A stretch of DNA of 64,000 nucleotides from a virus, in IMG/VR virus record IMGVR_UViG_3300022752_000021. The stretch is one strand, 5' to 3'. A program made the position numbers and the translations under genes. Positions 55,503 through 64,000 of this stretch are shown here, piece by piece. A model generated the notes under the pieces. The model had not been told where the DNA came from. It was given only the letters and a program-made list of their open reading frames with translations, and made no database searches. Position 1 is the stretch's first letter, and each line of letters opens with the position of its first letter.

Positions 55503-58040
55503 ATGGATATCACCATGAACACCGCTAACACCGCTCGCAACTCCATTCTCGCGCGTCTTCTCGCGTCTGAAAATCTCACGGTCGAACATTCGCCGTCTTG
55601 CCAGACTGCGTACTTCGAATTGGATTCTCGCCGTCTTGTCCTTCCTCAATGGGACAACAAGGATCAGAGCGTCTATGACTTCCTTGTGGGTCACGAAGTT
55701 GGTCACGCGAAGTACACTCCCGCTGCTGCATGGAAGGAAGCAAGTGTTCGCATCGGTGGCACGAAGAATGCCATGCTTGCGAAGGACTATATCAATGTGA
55801 TTGAAGACGCTCGCATTGAGCGCATGATCAAGCGCGAGTTTCCTGGTCTTCGTCGCGACTTCGTCAACGGCTACCAAGCACTCAGCAACATGAATCTCTT
55901 CGATCTCAATGGTCGCGACATCGCTTCGTTGTCCACCATCGACCGCTTGAACATTCACTTCAAGATGGGCATTCACCTTGGCGTTGAAGTTCCATTCAGC
56001 GCGGAAGAGATGAAGTTCGTTGAAGCGATCAATGCCGCGCGTACCTTCGATGATGTCGTTGCCATCGCTTCGGAAGTTTATGAATTCGCGAAGAATCAGA
56101 AGCGCGAAGAAGAAGCGCAGACGAACGTCAAGCCACAACAAGGAGAAGACAAGAACGAACGCAAGCAAGAACGCGCTTCGAAGTCTTCGCAAGAGGACGG
56201 CGACAACGGCGAAGAGGAGAACGAACAAAGCCAGAGCGGTGATGAAGATGGCGAAGAGGGTGAATCTTCCGATACTCGCGATGCGGGTGAAGAAGACGGT
56301 GAAGACACCGATGGTCAAGGTGAAGACGCTGAAGGCGAGGAAGACGGCGAGCGTCGTGCTGGTGGCGAAGATTCGGATGAAGAGTCCGATGACGATGGTT
56401 CTACTGCGGAAGCCTCAGACGAGACGGACGAAGCCTCAGCGCAAGATGCTGAAGACGAGAACGAAGTCACCCCTGATGCGGCTTCGACCGTTGGTGAGAT
56501 GGAGAAGGCAATGCAGAAGTTCGTGACCGATTCGAAGATCGATTGGAACATTCGCGTTCCGCAAATTGATATTTCGAAGATCTTGGTTTCGACCGACGAG
56601 TTCATCGAACTGATGAATCGTAGCAAGCCAGCAACAACTCACACTGCCGATGTGAACACTATCGAACGCGCTGGTGGCATGGCAAAGTACCTTGACGAAC
56701 AAGCCGCTGAGATGTTCAAGGAACTCACCGAAGAGAATCGCCGCGCGGTTGATCAGATGTGCCGTCGCTTCGAAACTCGCCGCGCGGCTCGCAACTATGC
56801 GCGTGAGTCGAGCGCGAAGACGGGTCGCATCTCTTGCCGCAATCTCGCAAAGTACAAGTTCAGCGAAGACATCTTTGAGCGCATGACCATCAAGCGCGAC
56901 GAGAAGAACCACGGCATCGTCATCCTCCTCGACTGGTCGGGTTCGATGTCTAGCATGATCAACGAGACGATTAGCCAACTCGCGGCACTCCTGATGTTCT
57001 GCCGTCGCGTCGGTATTCCTGCCGAAGTGTACTTCTTCAACAGCATGTACAGCAAGTTCTGCGATGATCTTTTCAATAAGCAAAATGCAACTGCGATTCT
57101 GAATGCACCAGCAGGAAATGTGCCATCTCGTTCGAACTGCCTTCGTTGGGGTATGAGTACGCAAGGTTGTGTTTGGGATTCGCACAATGAGCGCATCGCG
57201 TTCACCGAACATGTTTGCAAACTTCCTGCTGGCACGGTCAAGCAAGGCTACACCGCGATGTACGAACCGTTCAGTCTTGTTCAGGTCTACAATCAGAACA
57301 TGGACAACAAGACCTTTGCCAATGTGATGGGTCGCTTGGCATTCCTTGGCAAGATGGTCAGCGGTCGCTGCCGCGTCACTCCACCAGACTCGTTGATGCT
57401 TGGTACTACTCCACTTGATGAGTCGATCCTTGCAATGCGTGACATTGTCAACAACTTCCGAAAGTCCAGCAATAGCAAGGTGACTCTCATCACCCTCACC
57501 GATGGTGAAGGCATGAGCGTCATCAATCGCGTTCATGCTCCAGATTCGCTCAGGGAGCATAAGACTGAGAGCGGTCGCATTCGCCGCGTCTCTAACGTGA
57601 TGATCGATGCAGCGAATGGTCGCCGTTACACCGATACGCACAGCAACACCGCTGTGGTCAACATGTTCAAGGATGCCACGGGTTGTGATGTGGTTGGCAT
57701 CATGATGGTTGCTAGCAAACTCTCCTACTGCTCGACTCTTGATCGTCTTGCAACGAAGGACAATGACACTTTCGAAATTCGTCGCCAGAAGATCGAAGCC
57801 TGTTACAAGAAGTTCGAAGAAGAAAAGTTCGTTGCAGTGAATGCAGAGGGATACGCGGGATACTTCTTCGTGCAAATTGAGAATCGTCTCATGGCAGACC
57901 GCGAAGCCAAGGTGGAAGAGCGCAAGTTGGAGAAGATGAAGAACAAGAAGGTTGCCGCGACTCGCGCATTCATTGCTGCGATGAAGCGTCAAGAAGTCAA
58001 TCGCATGTTCCTCAACCGTCTCATGGACATCGTTGCCTAA
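55503..58040 (+). CDS. CobT-like vWA-domain protein with N-terminal zincin motif (probable partner of the AAA+ ATPase)
   Basis: LARLLA.ENL, HEVGHA.YTP, NVIEDARIE; long acidic linker; MIDAS DWSGS...TPL...TDGE. Confidence 0.9.
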   Translation: MDITMNTANTARNSILARLLASENLTVEHSPSCQTAYFELDSRRLVLPQWDNKDQSVYDFLVGHEVGHAKYTPAAAWKEASVRIGGTKNAMLAKDYINVIEDARIERMIKREFPGLRRDFVNGYQALSNMNLFDLNGRDIASLSTIDRLNIHFKMGIHLGVEVPFSAEEMKFVEAINAARTFDDVVAIASEVYEFAKNQKREEEAQTNVKPQQGEDKNERKQERASKSSQEDGDNGEEENEQSQSGDEDGEEGESSDTRDAGEEDGEDTDGQGEDAEGEEDGERRAGGEDSDEESDDDGSTAEASDETDEASAQDAEDENEVTPDAASTVGEMEKAMQKFVTDSKIDWNIRVPQIDISKILVSTDEFIELMNRSKPATTHTADVNTIERAGGMAKYLDEQAAEMFKELTEENRRAVDQMCRRFETRRAARNYARESSAKTGRISCRNLAKYKFSEDIFERMTIKRDEKNHGIVILLDWSGSMSSMINETISQLAALLMFCRRVGIPAEVYFFNSMYSKFCDDLFNKQNATAILNAPAGNVPSRSNCLRWGMSTQGCVWDSHNERIAFTEHVCKLPAGTVKQGYTAMYEPFSLVQVYNQNMDNKTFANVMGRLAFLGKMVSGRCRVTPPDSLMLGTTPLDESILAMRDIVNNFRKSSNSKVTLITLTDGEGMSVINRVHAPDSLREHKTESGRIRRVSNVMIDAANGRRYTDTHSNTAVVNMFKDATGCDVVGIMMVASKLSYCSTLDRLATKDNDTFEIRRQKIEACYKKFEEEKFVAVNAEGYAGYFFVQIENRLMADREAKVEERKLEKMKNKKVAATRAFIAAMKRQEVNRMFLNRLMDIVA

Positions 58041-58060
58041 ACCAAAGGAGGAAACTCACA

Positions 58061-58405
58061 ATGGAAACTACAACAAACATTCCACGCATCACTCATGGTC
58101 AACCACACATTTACCAAACTTCAACCGAAATGGTGATCAGCCACCATTGGATTGACAAGGGAGACACGGCTCTTCTCTTCAGGGTGATTCAAGAGACATA
58201 TCATGGAACCCCATTCACCCTGTGCAGCATTGCCGCGTACACGAAATTTGAGGATGGAGTTGCATACGGTGGTGCAAGAGATATTCAGGTTGGAAACCTC
58301 AAGATCCTCACCTCTCTCACGGGTCGATGGAAACTTGAGGAAGCAAGAAAGATGTGGAGGGTCTTGACCGCAAATGGATGGGGAATCATGGGTCAACCTA
58401 AATAA
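58061..58405 (+). CDS. Hypothetical protein
   Basis: GGAGGAAACTCACAATG start. Confidence 0.65.
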   Translation: METTTNIPRITHGQPHIYQTSTEMVISHHWIDKGDTALLFRVIQETYHGTPFTLCSIAAYTKFEDGVAYGGARDIQVGNLKILTSLTGRWKLEEARKMWRVLTANGWGIMGQPK

Positions 58406-58424
58406 AAACTAGGAGGGATTTGAG

Positions 58425-58880
58425 ATGATTCGTACACTCAACAACTCAAGCCCCGAAGCGAAGAACTTCCTAAAGTTCATTCGTACTGACCTACGAAACA
58501 ACAGAGTGATGTTGAAGTTCTCTAAGAGTAGAGATGTACGCTTCGACAGCAACACAATAACCGCTGCATACTTCCAAGAGCCTTGTCTGAAAAGACAGGG
58601 CATTATTCGTATTGGGACAGGCAATAGAAAACCCATCAATGTTCTCACCAATCTCATTCATGAGTATTGCCACTTCCTTCAATGGAAGAATCGTGATACC
58701 CTATGGATGGACACAGATGCATCCTCTGGCATTCGTGGAGAGAAATACATTCGTCTTGAGGAACAAACAGAACGTGAAGCAATCTCCCTCATTCGTCAAT
58801 GGCATCTACCCGTCAATCTCTCTGCAATTCGCAAGAGATCTCGTTCTTACATCGCACATCTTCGTACCACAGAGAAATAA
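58425..58880 (+). CDS. Zincin-like metallopeptidase
   Basis: LIHEYCHFLQW (HExxH) and downstream E..E. Confidence 0.7.
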   Translation: MIRTLNNSSPEAKNFLKFIRTDLRNNRVMLKFSKSRDVRFDSNTITAAYFQEPCLKRQGIIRIGTGNRKPINVLTNLIHEYCHFLQWKNRDTLWMDTDASSGIRGEKYIRLEEQTEREAISLIRQWHLPVNLSAIRKRSRSYIAHLRTTEK

Positions 58881-58905
58881 ATATTGAAACAGGAGATTTT
58901 TCATC

Positions 58906-59196
58906 ATGCCCACCTATGACTACAAATGTTCCCGATGCGATCACTCATTCGAACTTTTCCAATCCATTTCGAATCGTGATACCCCATGCTCCCATCCATG
59001 CCCCCATTGTGGTGTCTCTGAATCCATTCAAAGGGATTGGATCGGATCACCCGCAGCAGCAGTGGATATGAATCTAACACCTGGTGCAGATTTCAAAGAG
59101 GTCATGAAAAAGGTATCCAAAGGTGTTCCGAAACGATTCCGTGACAACCTCGACCAAGCCGCATCTCGTCGTGGCACCGTATGGGGTAATGGCTGA
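58906..59196 (+). CDS. FmdB-family zinc-ribbon protein
   Basis: MPTYDYKCSRC.HSFE....CPHCG. Confidence 0.85.
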   Translation: MPTYDYKCSRCDHSFELFQSISNRDTPCSHPCPHCGVSESIQRDWIGSPAAAVDMNLTPGADFKEVMKKVSKGVPKRFRDNLDQAASRRGTVWGNG

Positions 59197-59291
59197 AATC
59201 ATGCCTAACCCATATTTTTTCTACATATAAATGTATTTCTAAACCTACAAATTGGCATCAACTACCCAAACTTACATAAGGAAATGGAAAA

Positions 59292-59732
59292 ATGAGATAC
59301 TCAGAAGCACGACAGATTTTAGCAGAAGCCATTGGTTATCTTGATGAAGCCTTTAAGGACACAAGCGACAAAGCCAATCGTTCGATGTTGGCACAATCGG
59401 CAAAACGCCACCCAATGACTCACACCCCATTGAATTTAGACAGACGGGGTGCATCCCATGATGAAAAGACCTCAGCAGCAAACATTCGAACATGGCAAGG
59501 TCACATTGACCGAGTGCATGATCTCGTCAAGCACCATCAAAGCAGGAAGCCAGGTTGGAGTGACACATACCGTGGGAATGTGTCACAAAAGGATATCAAT
59601 GCCAAGGTCAAGGAACTCAAGGGCATTCACAAGAAACTCACGGCAAGGCAAAAGAAGGCAGTCGCAAACCACAAGGCAGGAAACTTCGAAGCAAATCGTG
59701 ATCACTACATGTTGAACACGGACTTCGAATAA
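59292..59732 (+). CDS. Basic protein, putative internal head protein
   Basis: TATAAATG at 59226; ILAEA and LDEA protease-like sites; His/Lys-rich. Confidence 0.65.
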   Translation: MRYSEARQILAEAIGYLDEAFKDTSDKANRSMLAQSAKRHPMTHTPLNLDRRGASHDEKTSAANIRTWQGHIDRVHDLVKHHQSRKPGWSDTYRGNVSQKDINAKVKELKGIHKKLTARQKKAVANHKAGNFEANRDHYMLNTDFE

Positions 59733-59759
59733 AGTCACAGACTTCACAAAAGGAACAAG

Positions 59760-60644
59760 ATGAACAACCAATTCCTAAATCACCTAAACTCAATCACACC
59801 CCAAGGCAGAGCCAAGGATACATCCATCTTTGTTCCCGCGAAGGATCTCAATGAAGCCGTTCCTGATGTTGGACAGAACATCAGAGGAACACCAAAGAAG
59901 GCAGCAAGAAAATTTGCACAAGCCTTGCACAACTTGGCACAGGATCGCGGAAGTCTTGAGAACTACCAAGCCGCAAGAGAGCGTCTTACCAAGAAGAAGG
60001 CAAGCAATGCACAACGTCAAGGTCGAAACCTTGATAGGGCAGTTCAAAGTTTCAAGAAGAGAATGAGAATGGATGAAGCCCCCAAGTATGCACAGGATGC
60101 CATTCCCGCAGTTCCTGAACTTCTCATGCTCACCTACAGCAACAAGCACAAGCGAGATTCGGATGGCTTGAAGAAGTTTGTTGGCAAGGGTAAGAAGAAT
60201 CCAATGCCAGTTTATGAAGGTGCAGTGAAGGCTTCGATGGAGGATTGGTTGTCTGATCTTCCAAAGCCAGTGATCCGCGAACTCAAGGCAAAGCACGGCA
60301 AGATACTTGCCCGTACTGGTGGGCATGTTAAGGGAATCGGTGGAATCGGGGCGAAGAATTCAGCGAAACTTCATCAAAGCATTCAAGGTATTCTTCAAAA
60401 GCATAATGTTCCTAAACTGATGGGTTCACATGCGGAAGGTTCCAATGCCATTCAGATGTCGTTCCACACATACCACGGCGATCTCCATGAGTCGGAGGAT
60501 GAGAAGAGAGAATCAACCAAGAGCATGATTGCTCGTTTGGTTGCAAGGGGTCACAAGAAGATTGGAAAGCCAATTCCAAAGAATGTTCTTCGTGACATTG
60601 AGAAGGAACACAAGAACGAAGATGATGACTACGAGGACGATTGA
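59760..60644 (+). CDS. Basic protein, putative internal head protein
   Basis: LNEA, VYEG and LHES motifs separating basic segments. Confidence 0.65.
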   Translation: MNNQFLNHLNSITPQGRAKDTSIFVPAKDLNEAVPDVGQNIRGTPKKAARKFAQALHNLAQDRGSLENYQAARERLTKKKASNAQRQGRNLDRAVQSFKKRMRMDEAPKYAQDAIPAVPELLMLTYSNKHKRDSDGLKKFVGKGKKNPMPVYEGAVKASMEDWLSDLPKPVIRELKAKHGKILARTGGHVKGIGGIGAKNSAKLHQSIQGILQKHNVPKLMGSHAEGSNAIQMSFHTYHGDLHESEDEKRESTKSMIARLVARGHKKIGKPIPKNVLRDIEKEHKNEDDDYEDD

Positions 60645-60646
60645 AC

Positions 60647-60961
60647 ATGAAGTCATTCAATCAGTTTCTCACCGAAGCATCTTCCAATGAAAGATATGTG
60701 AAGATTAAGCAATCTGGTCATGGTGCGAATATTCGCAAGATCAATGACACTACATCCATGTTCTCACATCGTGGCATCGTCGGTCATGTGGTCAAGGGAT
60801 GGAGTCGCATGGGTGGTTGGGGATATCAGGTAGGGAACATTCGTGTGAATGGTAAGGACATTGGTCTAAATACCATACACGGAACTCATAAGACCATGAA
60901 TGATGCCATTCATAATGCATATTTGCATACGACACATCACATGGCAAAGGGAAATAAATGA
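60647..60961 (+). CDS. Putative internal head protein
   Basis: MKSFNQFLTEA N-terminus. Confidence 0.75.
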   Translation: MKSFNQFLTEASSNERYVKIKQSGHGANIRKINDTTSMFSHRGIVGHVVKGWSRMGGWGYQVGNIRVNGKDIGLNTIHGTHKTMNDAIHNAYLHTTHHMAKGNK

Positions 60962-61326
60962 AGTCATTCAATCGTTTCATCGCAGAGGCAAACGAGCAGA
61001 CGATTCAGAACTTTGTTGATTTTGCTGCACAGGAACTTGGTCTTGCAAATACACCAAATGTTCGTTTGGTTCAGGTGCGTGAAAACGGTATGACCACGGC
61101 ATCGTATTGTCCAGAGGACAAGAGCATTCGCGTTGTGAGTGGCAACAGAGCCACATTCGACATCTGCCGTTCTATTGCACACGAACTCGTCCATCAGATG
61201 CAGGATGAATGTGGTGATGAACTCGACGGAGACACAGGATCACCATGCGAGGACGAAGCAAATGCAATTGCTGGTCGTCTTATTCGGTTGTATGGCGGAA
61301 GCAACGAAGGCTTCTACGAGGAATAA
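60958..61326 (+). CDS. Putative internal head protein with zincin HExxH motif
   Basis: MKSFNRFIAEA; IAHELVHQMQ...EDEANA.AG. Confidence 0.75.
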   Translation: MKSFNRFIAEANEQTIQNFVDFAAQELGLANTPNVRLVQVRENGMTTASYCPEDKSIRVVSGNRATFDICRSIAHELVHQMQDECGDELDGDTGSPCEDEANAIAGRLIRLYGGSNEGFYEE

Positions 61327-61329
61327 GAC

Positions 61330-62364
61330 ATGAAGACTTACAGAGAGTTCATCACAGAAGCAACTACCGTTGTAAAAGCAAAGAAACCCCCTCTCTCCTA
61401 TGCTGACAAGTTCAAGAAGTTGCGCGGCAGTCTTGCCAAGAGCAGCGATATCACAGCACAGGTAGCATCTGGTGATCATGGATCATGGATTCTTACGGGA
61501 CACGATTCTGATAGTAGTCTATCATCAGAAACTATTCGCAAGGCAAAGGATAGAGTATTTGGTAAGCGACAGGGCGACAGTCAGATTCTGTTCTTCCATA
61601 GAACTCACGGCATCGTAACTCACCCAGCAATTGGTCAATTGACTCACCAAGATATTCATACGAATCCAAGGCACCTCAGTCATCATATAGATCAAAATGT
61701 TCGTGCGAAAGTCACTGGAATGGAGAAGGCTGACATAATTGGACAAGGAAGAATCGAACATCACAAGAATGGTGGTGGGATGATTTCCATTGTGGGACGC
61801 AACCATGAAGGTGATGAGGCACCACTTCATCCATCCGTGCTTAGAACTCTTCGCAGGGCATACCCAAAGCACTTCATTCATGATGGACATGGTAATGAAC
61901 TCCATGAGAACTGGTCGTATGCACACGACTTTCATGAGATGCCGAACTCAGAGAAGCAGAAGTATGTCTACCATGTGACTACAGCCGCAAGAGCCGCGAA
62001 GATCGTCAAGGGTGGACTCAAGCCACGAAGTCCGAAAGGACGCACCAACTATCCAAGCCAAAAGGAACACACGCAGGGACACGCATTCGTGACCAACCAT
62101 CATGGCGTGGGGTATTGGGTGGATCAGACAGCCCATGCAGTCAATCGCCGCAAGCGTGAGGTTGGTGAGCGCGACTACGAAAACATTCATGTTGTGAAGT
62201 TCCCAATCGCAAATCTCAGCAAGTCCGCACGAAGAAAGTTCAAGTCTGACGATCTTGGAACCAAGGACTCGCGAAAGCACAGCGACTATGCCCGTGATCC
62301 GATCATAGATCCCTCGACGCATGAAGCACCATCCGCATTCAAGGTCAAGAAGAAAATCCGTTGA
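61330..62364 (+). CDS. Putative internal head protein with C-terminal ADP-ribosyltransferase-like domain
   Basis: MKTYREFITEA; internal LHEN; YVYHVTT....KIVKGGLKP...AFVT resembles the H-x-T type ART fold. Confidence 0.65.
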   Translation: MKTYREFITEATTVVKAKKPPLSYADKFKKLRGSLAKSSDITAQVASGDHGSWILTGHDSDSSLSSETIRKAKDRVFGKRQGDSQILFFHRTHGIVTHPAIGQLTHQDIHTNPRHLSHHIDQNVRAKVTGMEKADIIGQGRIEHHKNGGGMISIVGRNHEGDEAPLHPSVLRTLRRAYPKHFIHDGHGNELHENWSYAHDFHEMPNSEKQKYVYHVTTAARAAKIVKGGLKPRSPKGRTNYPSQKEHTQGHAFVTNHHGVGYWVDQTAHAVNRRKREVGERDYENIHVVKFPIANLSKSARRKFKSDDLGTKDSRKHSDYARDPIIDPSTHEAPSAFKVKKKIR

Positions 62365-62468
62365 ACCCATCAATCCACATAGCATTGATGGATTGATAGG
62401 TGGATTCGATACTGCCGAATGGTGGTATATGTCGGAACACGAAGATAACTAATCCCAGTCAGACGCAC

Positions 62469-62501
62469 AGGTGGGGGACACAATCCCCCACCTTGTTTTT
62501 T
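62469..62501 (+). terminator. Rho-independent terminator
   Basis: AGGTGGGGGA-CACAA-TCCCCCACCT-TGTTTTTT. Confidence 0.85.
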
Positions 62502-62513
62502 CTAAATATCAGT

Positions 62514-64000
62514 ATGAAAACAATACACATAGTTCCCATTGATGAAGCAAGCAAGCCCAAGCCATCTGGCAAGGCATTCCTCCTTCCTGGCTCCTACAGC
62601 CCATACACCATTGGACACCATGAGATGGCAAGGCAAGCCGCTGCACATGCTGCCTCGACGGGTCATACGCACTTCTACCATGGCATCGGTGCCGCATCGA
62701 AGCAATCGGCAGATGATCCGTTGACGCATGGACAAAAGCGTTCCGTCATTCGTTCTGGTCACAGGGACATTGCCAAGGAACACAAGGGAATGCAGTTTCA
62801 TACGACTGAAAAGGAACATGTGAGTCCATTCCATCAAGTGGCACATCTCGCAAGACAGGGACACAAGCACATCACCATCGGTCTTGGATCAGATCAGATG
62901 AAAGAAGGTGGTGTCAAGACCGCAATAGAGAGGCATGTGAAAAAGTACGGTGGAATATTGGACAAGGATGGCAAGGTTCACAAGGCAACGGTGAGTTTCC
63001 ATCAGATGGGTGCGGAGAGGCATGAAGGAGACATGCCAAGGCACGAAGTCCTTGCAAGGCTTCGCAAGGGAGACATGAGCGTGGCAAAGGCAGGACGGCT
63101 TCGCAAGGCAGTTGCATCTGGCGACACAGAACTCGCGCATGAACTCATGCCAAAACACATCAACAAGCCGAAGTACTTCAGCCTGATAAAGAAGCAACAG
63201 GCACGGGTAGCAAAGCCAAAGAAGAAGGCACTCGTCAAGGAAGGATGCATGTCGTTCCTTGATTTCATTGGGGAGGACATCGAACTCACCCATTCTATTG
63301 GGCGAAATACGGTAGAACCAACAAAACATTTTGGTTCCGAATACCTAAAGAAAAAAGAAGCAACCACATTTGGTGGCAATCAAAAGTTTCTCCACCACAA
63401 AAATCTTGGCGAGTTTCATCCCAATTATGAACTCCATAGGCATTCATATGAAGAACGAACTCCCACACGCGATGGTGTGGGGAAAAGACATATTCATGAT
63501 TACAGCATAGTACACAAGCCATCCAACACGGTTGTTGGCGGATTTGTTGGAAATGGTGGTAAGGTATCACGAAAGAGTGGATTCAAAGAGGGTAAGGGAG
63601 ATGATGTAAGCATCATCAACCTTCATATTCACCCAACACATTCCAAGAAGAAGATTGGTGCATCTCTACCAATTCAGGCATACAAGCACTTGCATAAACT
63701 AGGACACTCCGTTGAGAGTGGTTCATTGCAGTCGCCTGGTGGAGCGCATGTTTGGAATACATTGCGTAAAGATCCTGAAGTCAAGAAGCATGTGCGATAT
63801 CATGATCCATTTGAAGGAAGATCATATGCTGCACACAAACTCCCGACAGGGGAGATATGGCAAGACGAACAGGATGATAGAACATTGATTCTACATCGTA
63901 AGCCAAAGAAGAAGGCACTCGTCGCTGAAAGATACATGTCGTTTCTTGATTTCATTGGGGAGGACATCGAACTCATTCCCGTACATCGTGATACGCATGT
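62514..64000 (+). CDS. Multidomain putative head-packaged polyprotein (cytidylyltransferase-like + GNAT-like + further domain), 3'-truncated
   Basis: Manual translation is open from ATG 62514 to the window end; TCTAAATA upstream; GSYSPYTIGH (HIGH-like), DPLT..QK, IGLGSDQ; second domain IHPTHSKKKIGASL...SGSLQSPGGAHVW. Confidence 0.8.
   Translation, partial: MKTIHIVPIDEASKPKPSGKAFLLPGSYSPYTIGHHEMARQAAAHAASTGHTHFYHGIGAASKQSADDPLTHGQKRSVIRSGHRDIAKEHKGMQFHTTEKEHVSPFHQVAHLARQGHKHITIGLGSDQMKEGGVKTAIERHVKKYGGILDKDGKVHKATVSFHQMGAERHEGDMPRHEVLARLRKGDMSVAKAGRLRKAVASGDTELAHELMPKHINKPKYFSLIKKQQARVAKPKKKALVKEGCMSFLDFIGEDIELTHSIGRNTVEPTKHFGSEYLKKKEATTFGGNQKFLHHKNLGEFHPNYELHRHSYEERTPTRDGVGKRHIHDYSIVHKPSNTVVGGFVGNGGKVSRKSGFKEGKGDDVSIINLHIHPTHSKKKIGASLPIQAYKHLHKLGHSVESGSLQSPGGAHVWNTLRKDPEVKKHVRYHDPFEGRSYAAHKLPTGEIWQDEQDDRTLILHRKPKKKALVAERYMSFLDFIGEDIELIPVHRDTH
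63213..63288 (+). repeat. 76-bp in-frame linker repeat, copy 1 (copy 2 at 63900-63975)
   Basis: Encodes KPKKKALV(K/A)E(GC/RY)MSFLDFIGEDIEL; 70/76 identical by manual count. Confidence 0.92.
63900..63975 (+). repeat. 76-bp in-frame linker repeat, copy 2
   Basis: See 63213-63288. Confidence 0.92.

Noticed and set aside
55494-57992. Long minus-strand ORFs (274 and 518 aa), and similarly 48518-49429
   Set aside because: Antisense shadows of the codon-biased vWA and AAA+ genes, with no motifs or RBS
62366-62468. Hairpin ATCAATCCA/TGGATTGAT and spacer before the terminator as a small RNA
   Set aside because: Only one clear stem and no convincing promoter; could simply be a 3' UTR
63213-63975. 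Repeat pair as a diversity-generating retroelement TR/VR
   Set aside because: Mismatches are not confined to adenines of one copy, both copies are in-frame linkers, and there is no reverse transcriptase in the window

Overview
This is a 64-kb segment of a large T4-like myovirus, with gene order resembling the cyanophage/pelagiphage-type 'exo-T4' group. (1) 1-33.4 kb is the virion module: gp13 (partial), several tail-fibre and accessory virion proteins, a VrlC/DUF4815-type protein, gp8, gp7, gp6, gp25, a putative T-like holin, PAAR, gp5, a hub protein, gp53 and gp48 on the minus strand, then gp4, gp2, a tube-initiator-like gene, gp26, gp51 and a tape-measure-like gene on the plus strand. (2) 33.4-44.4 kb holds a tRNA region with 10 of the window's 11 tRNA or tRNA-like genes. 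Three are non-canonical: Ile-UAU with tRNA-Pyl-like geometry, Ser-ACU, and a D-arm-less Arg-UCU. It also has four HNH endonucleases, three of them with RBS-sequestering hairpins, further structured RNAs and a PEP-CTERM-type (VPAP) exported protein that suggests a Planctomycetota-like host. (3) 44.8-58 kb is a sigma70-driven early array of small genes sharing junction motifs, plus a CobS/MoxR AAA+ ATPase, its vWA/peptidase partner, an i-type lysozyme and an LpxH-like phosphoesterase. (4) 59.3-64 kb is a cluster of mostly His/Lys-rich proteins carrying T4 internal-protein capsid-targeting and prohead-protease motifs. It ends in an ORF missing from the ORF track (62514 to the window end) in which nucleotidyltransferase-like and GNAT-like domains are joined by a repeated 76-bp linker encoding a targeting/cleavage motif. 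This is a candidate protease-processed polyprotein of injected effectors. All calls come from reading motifs by eye; no database searches were run.
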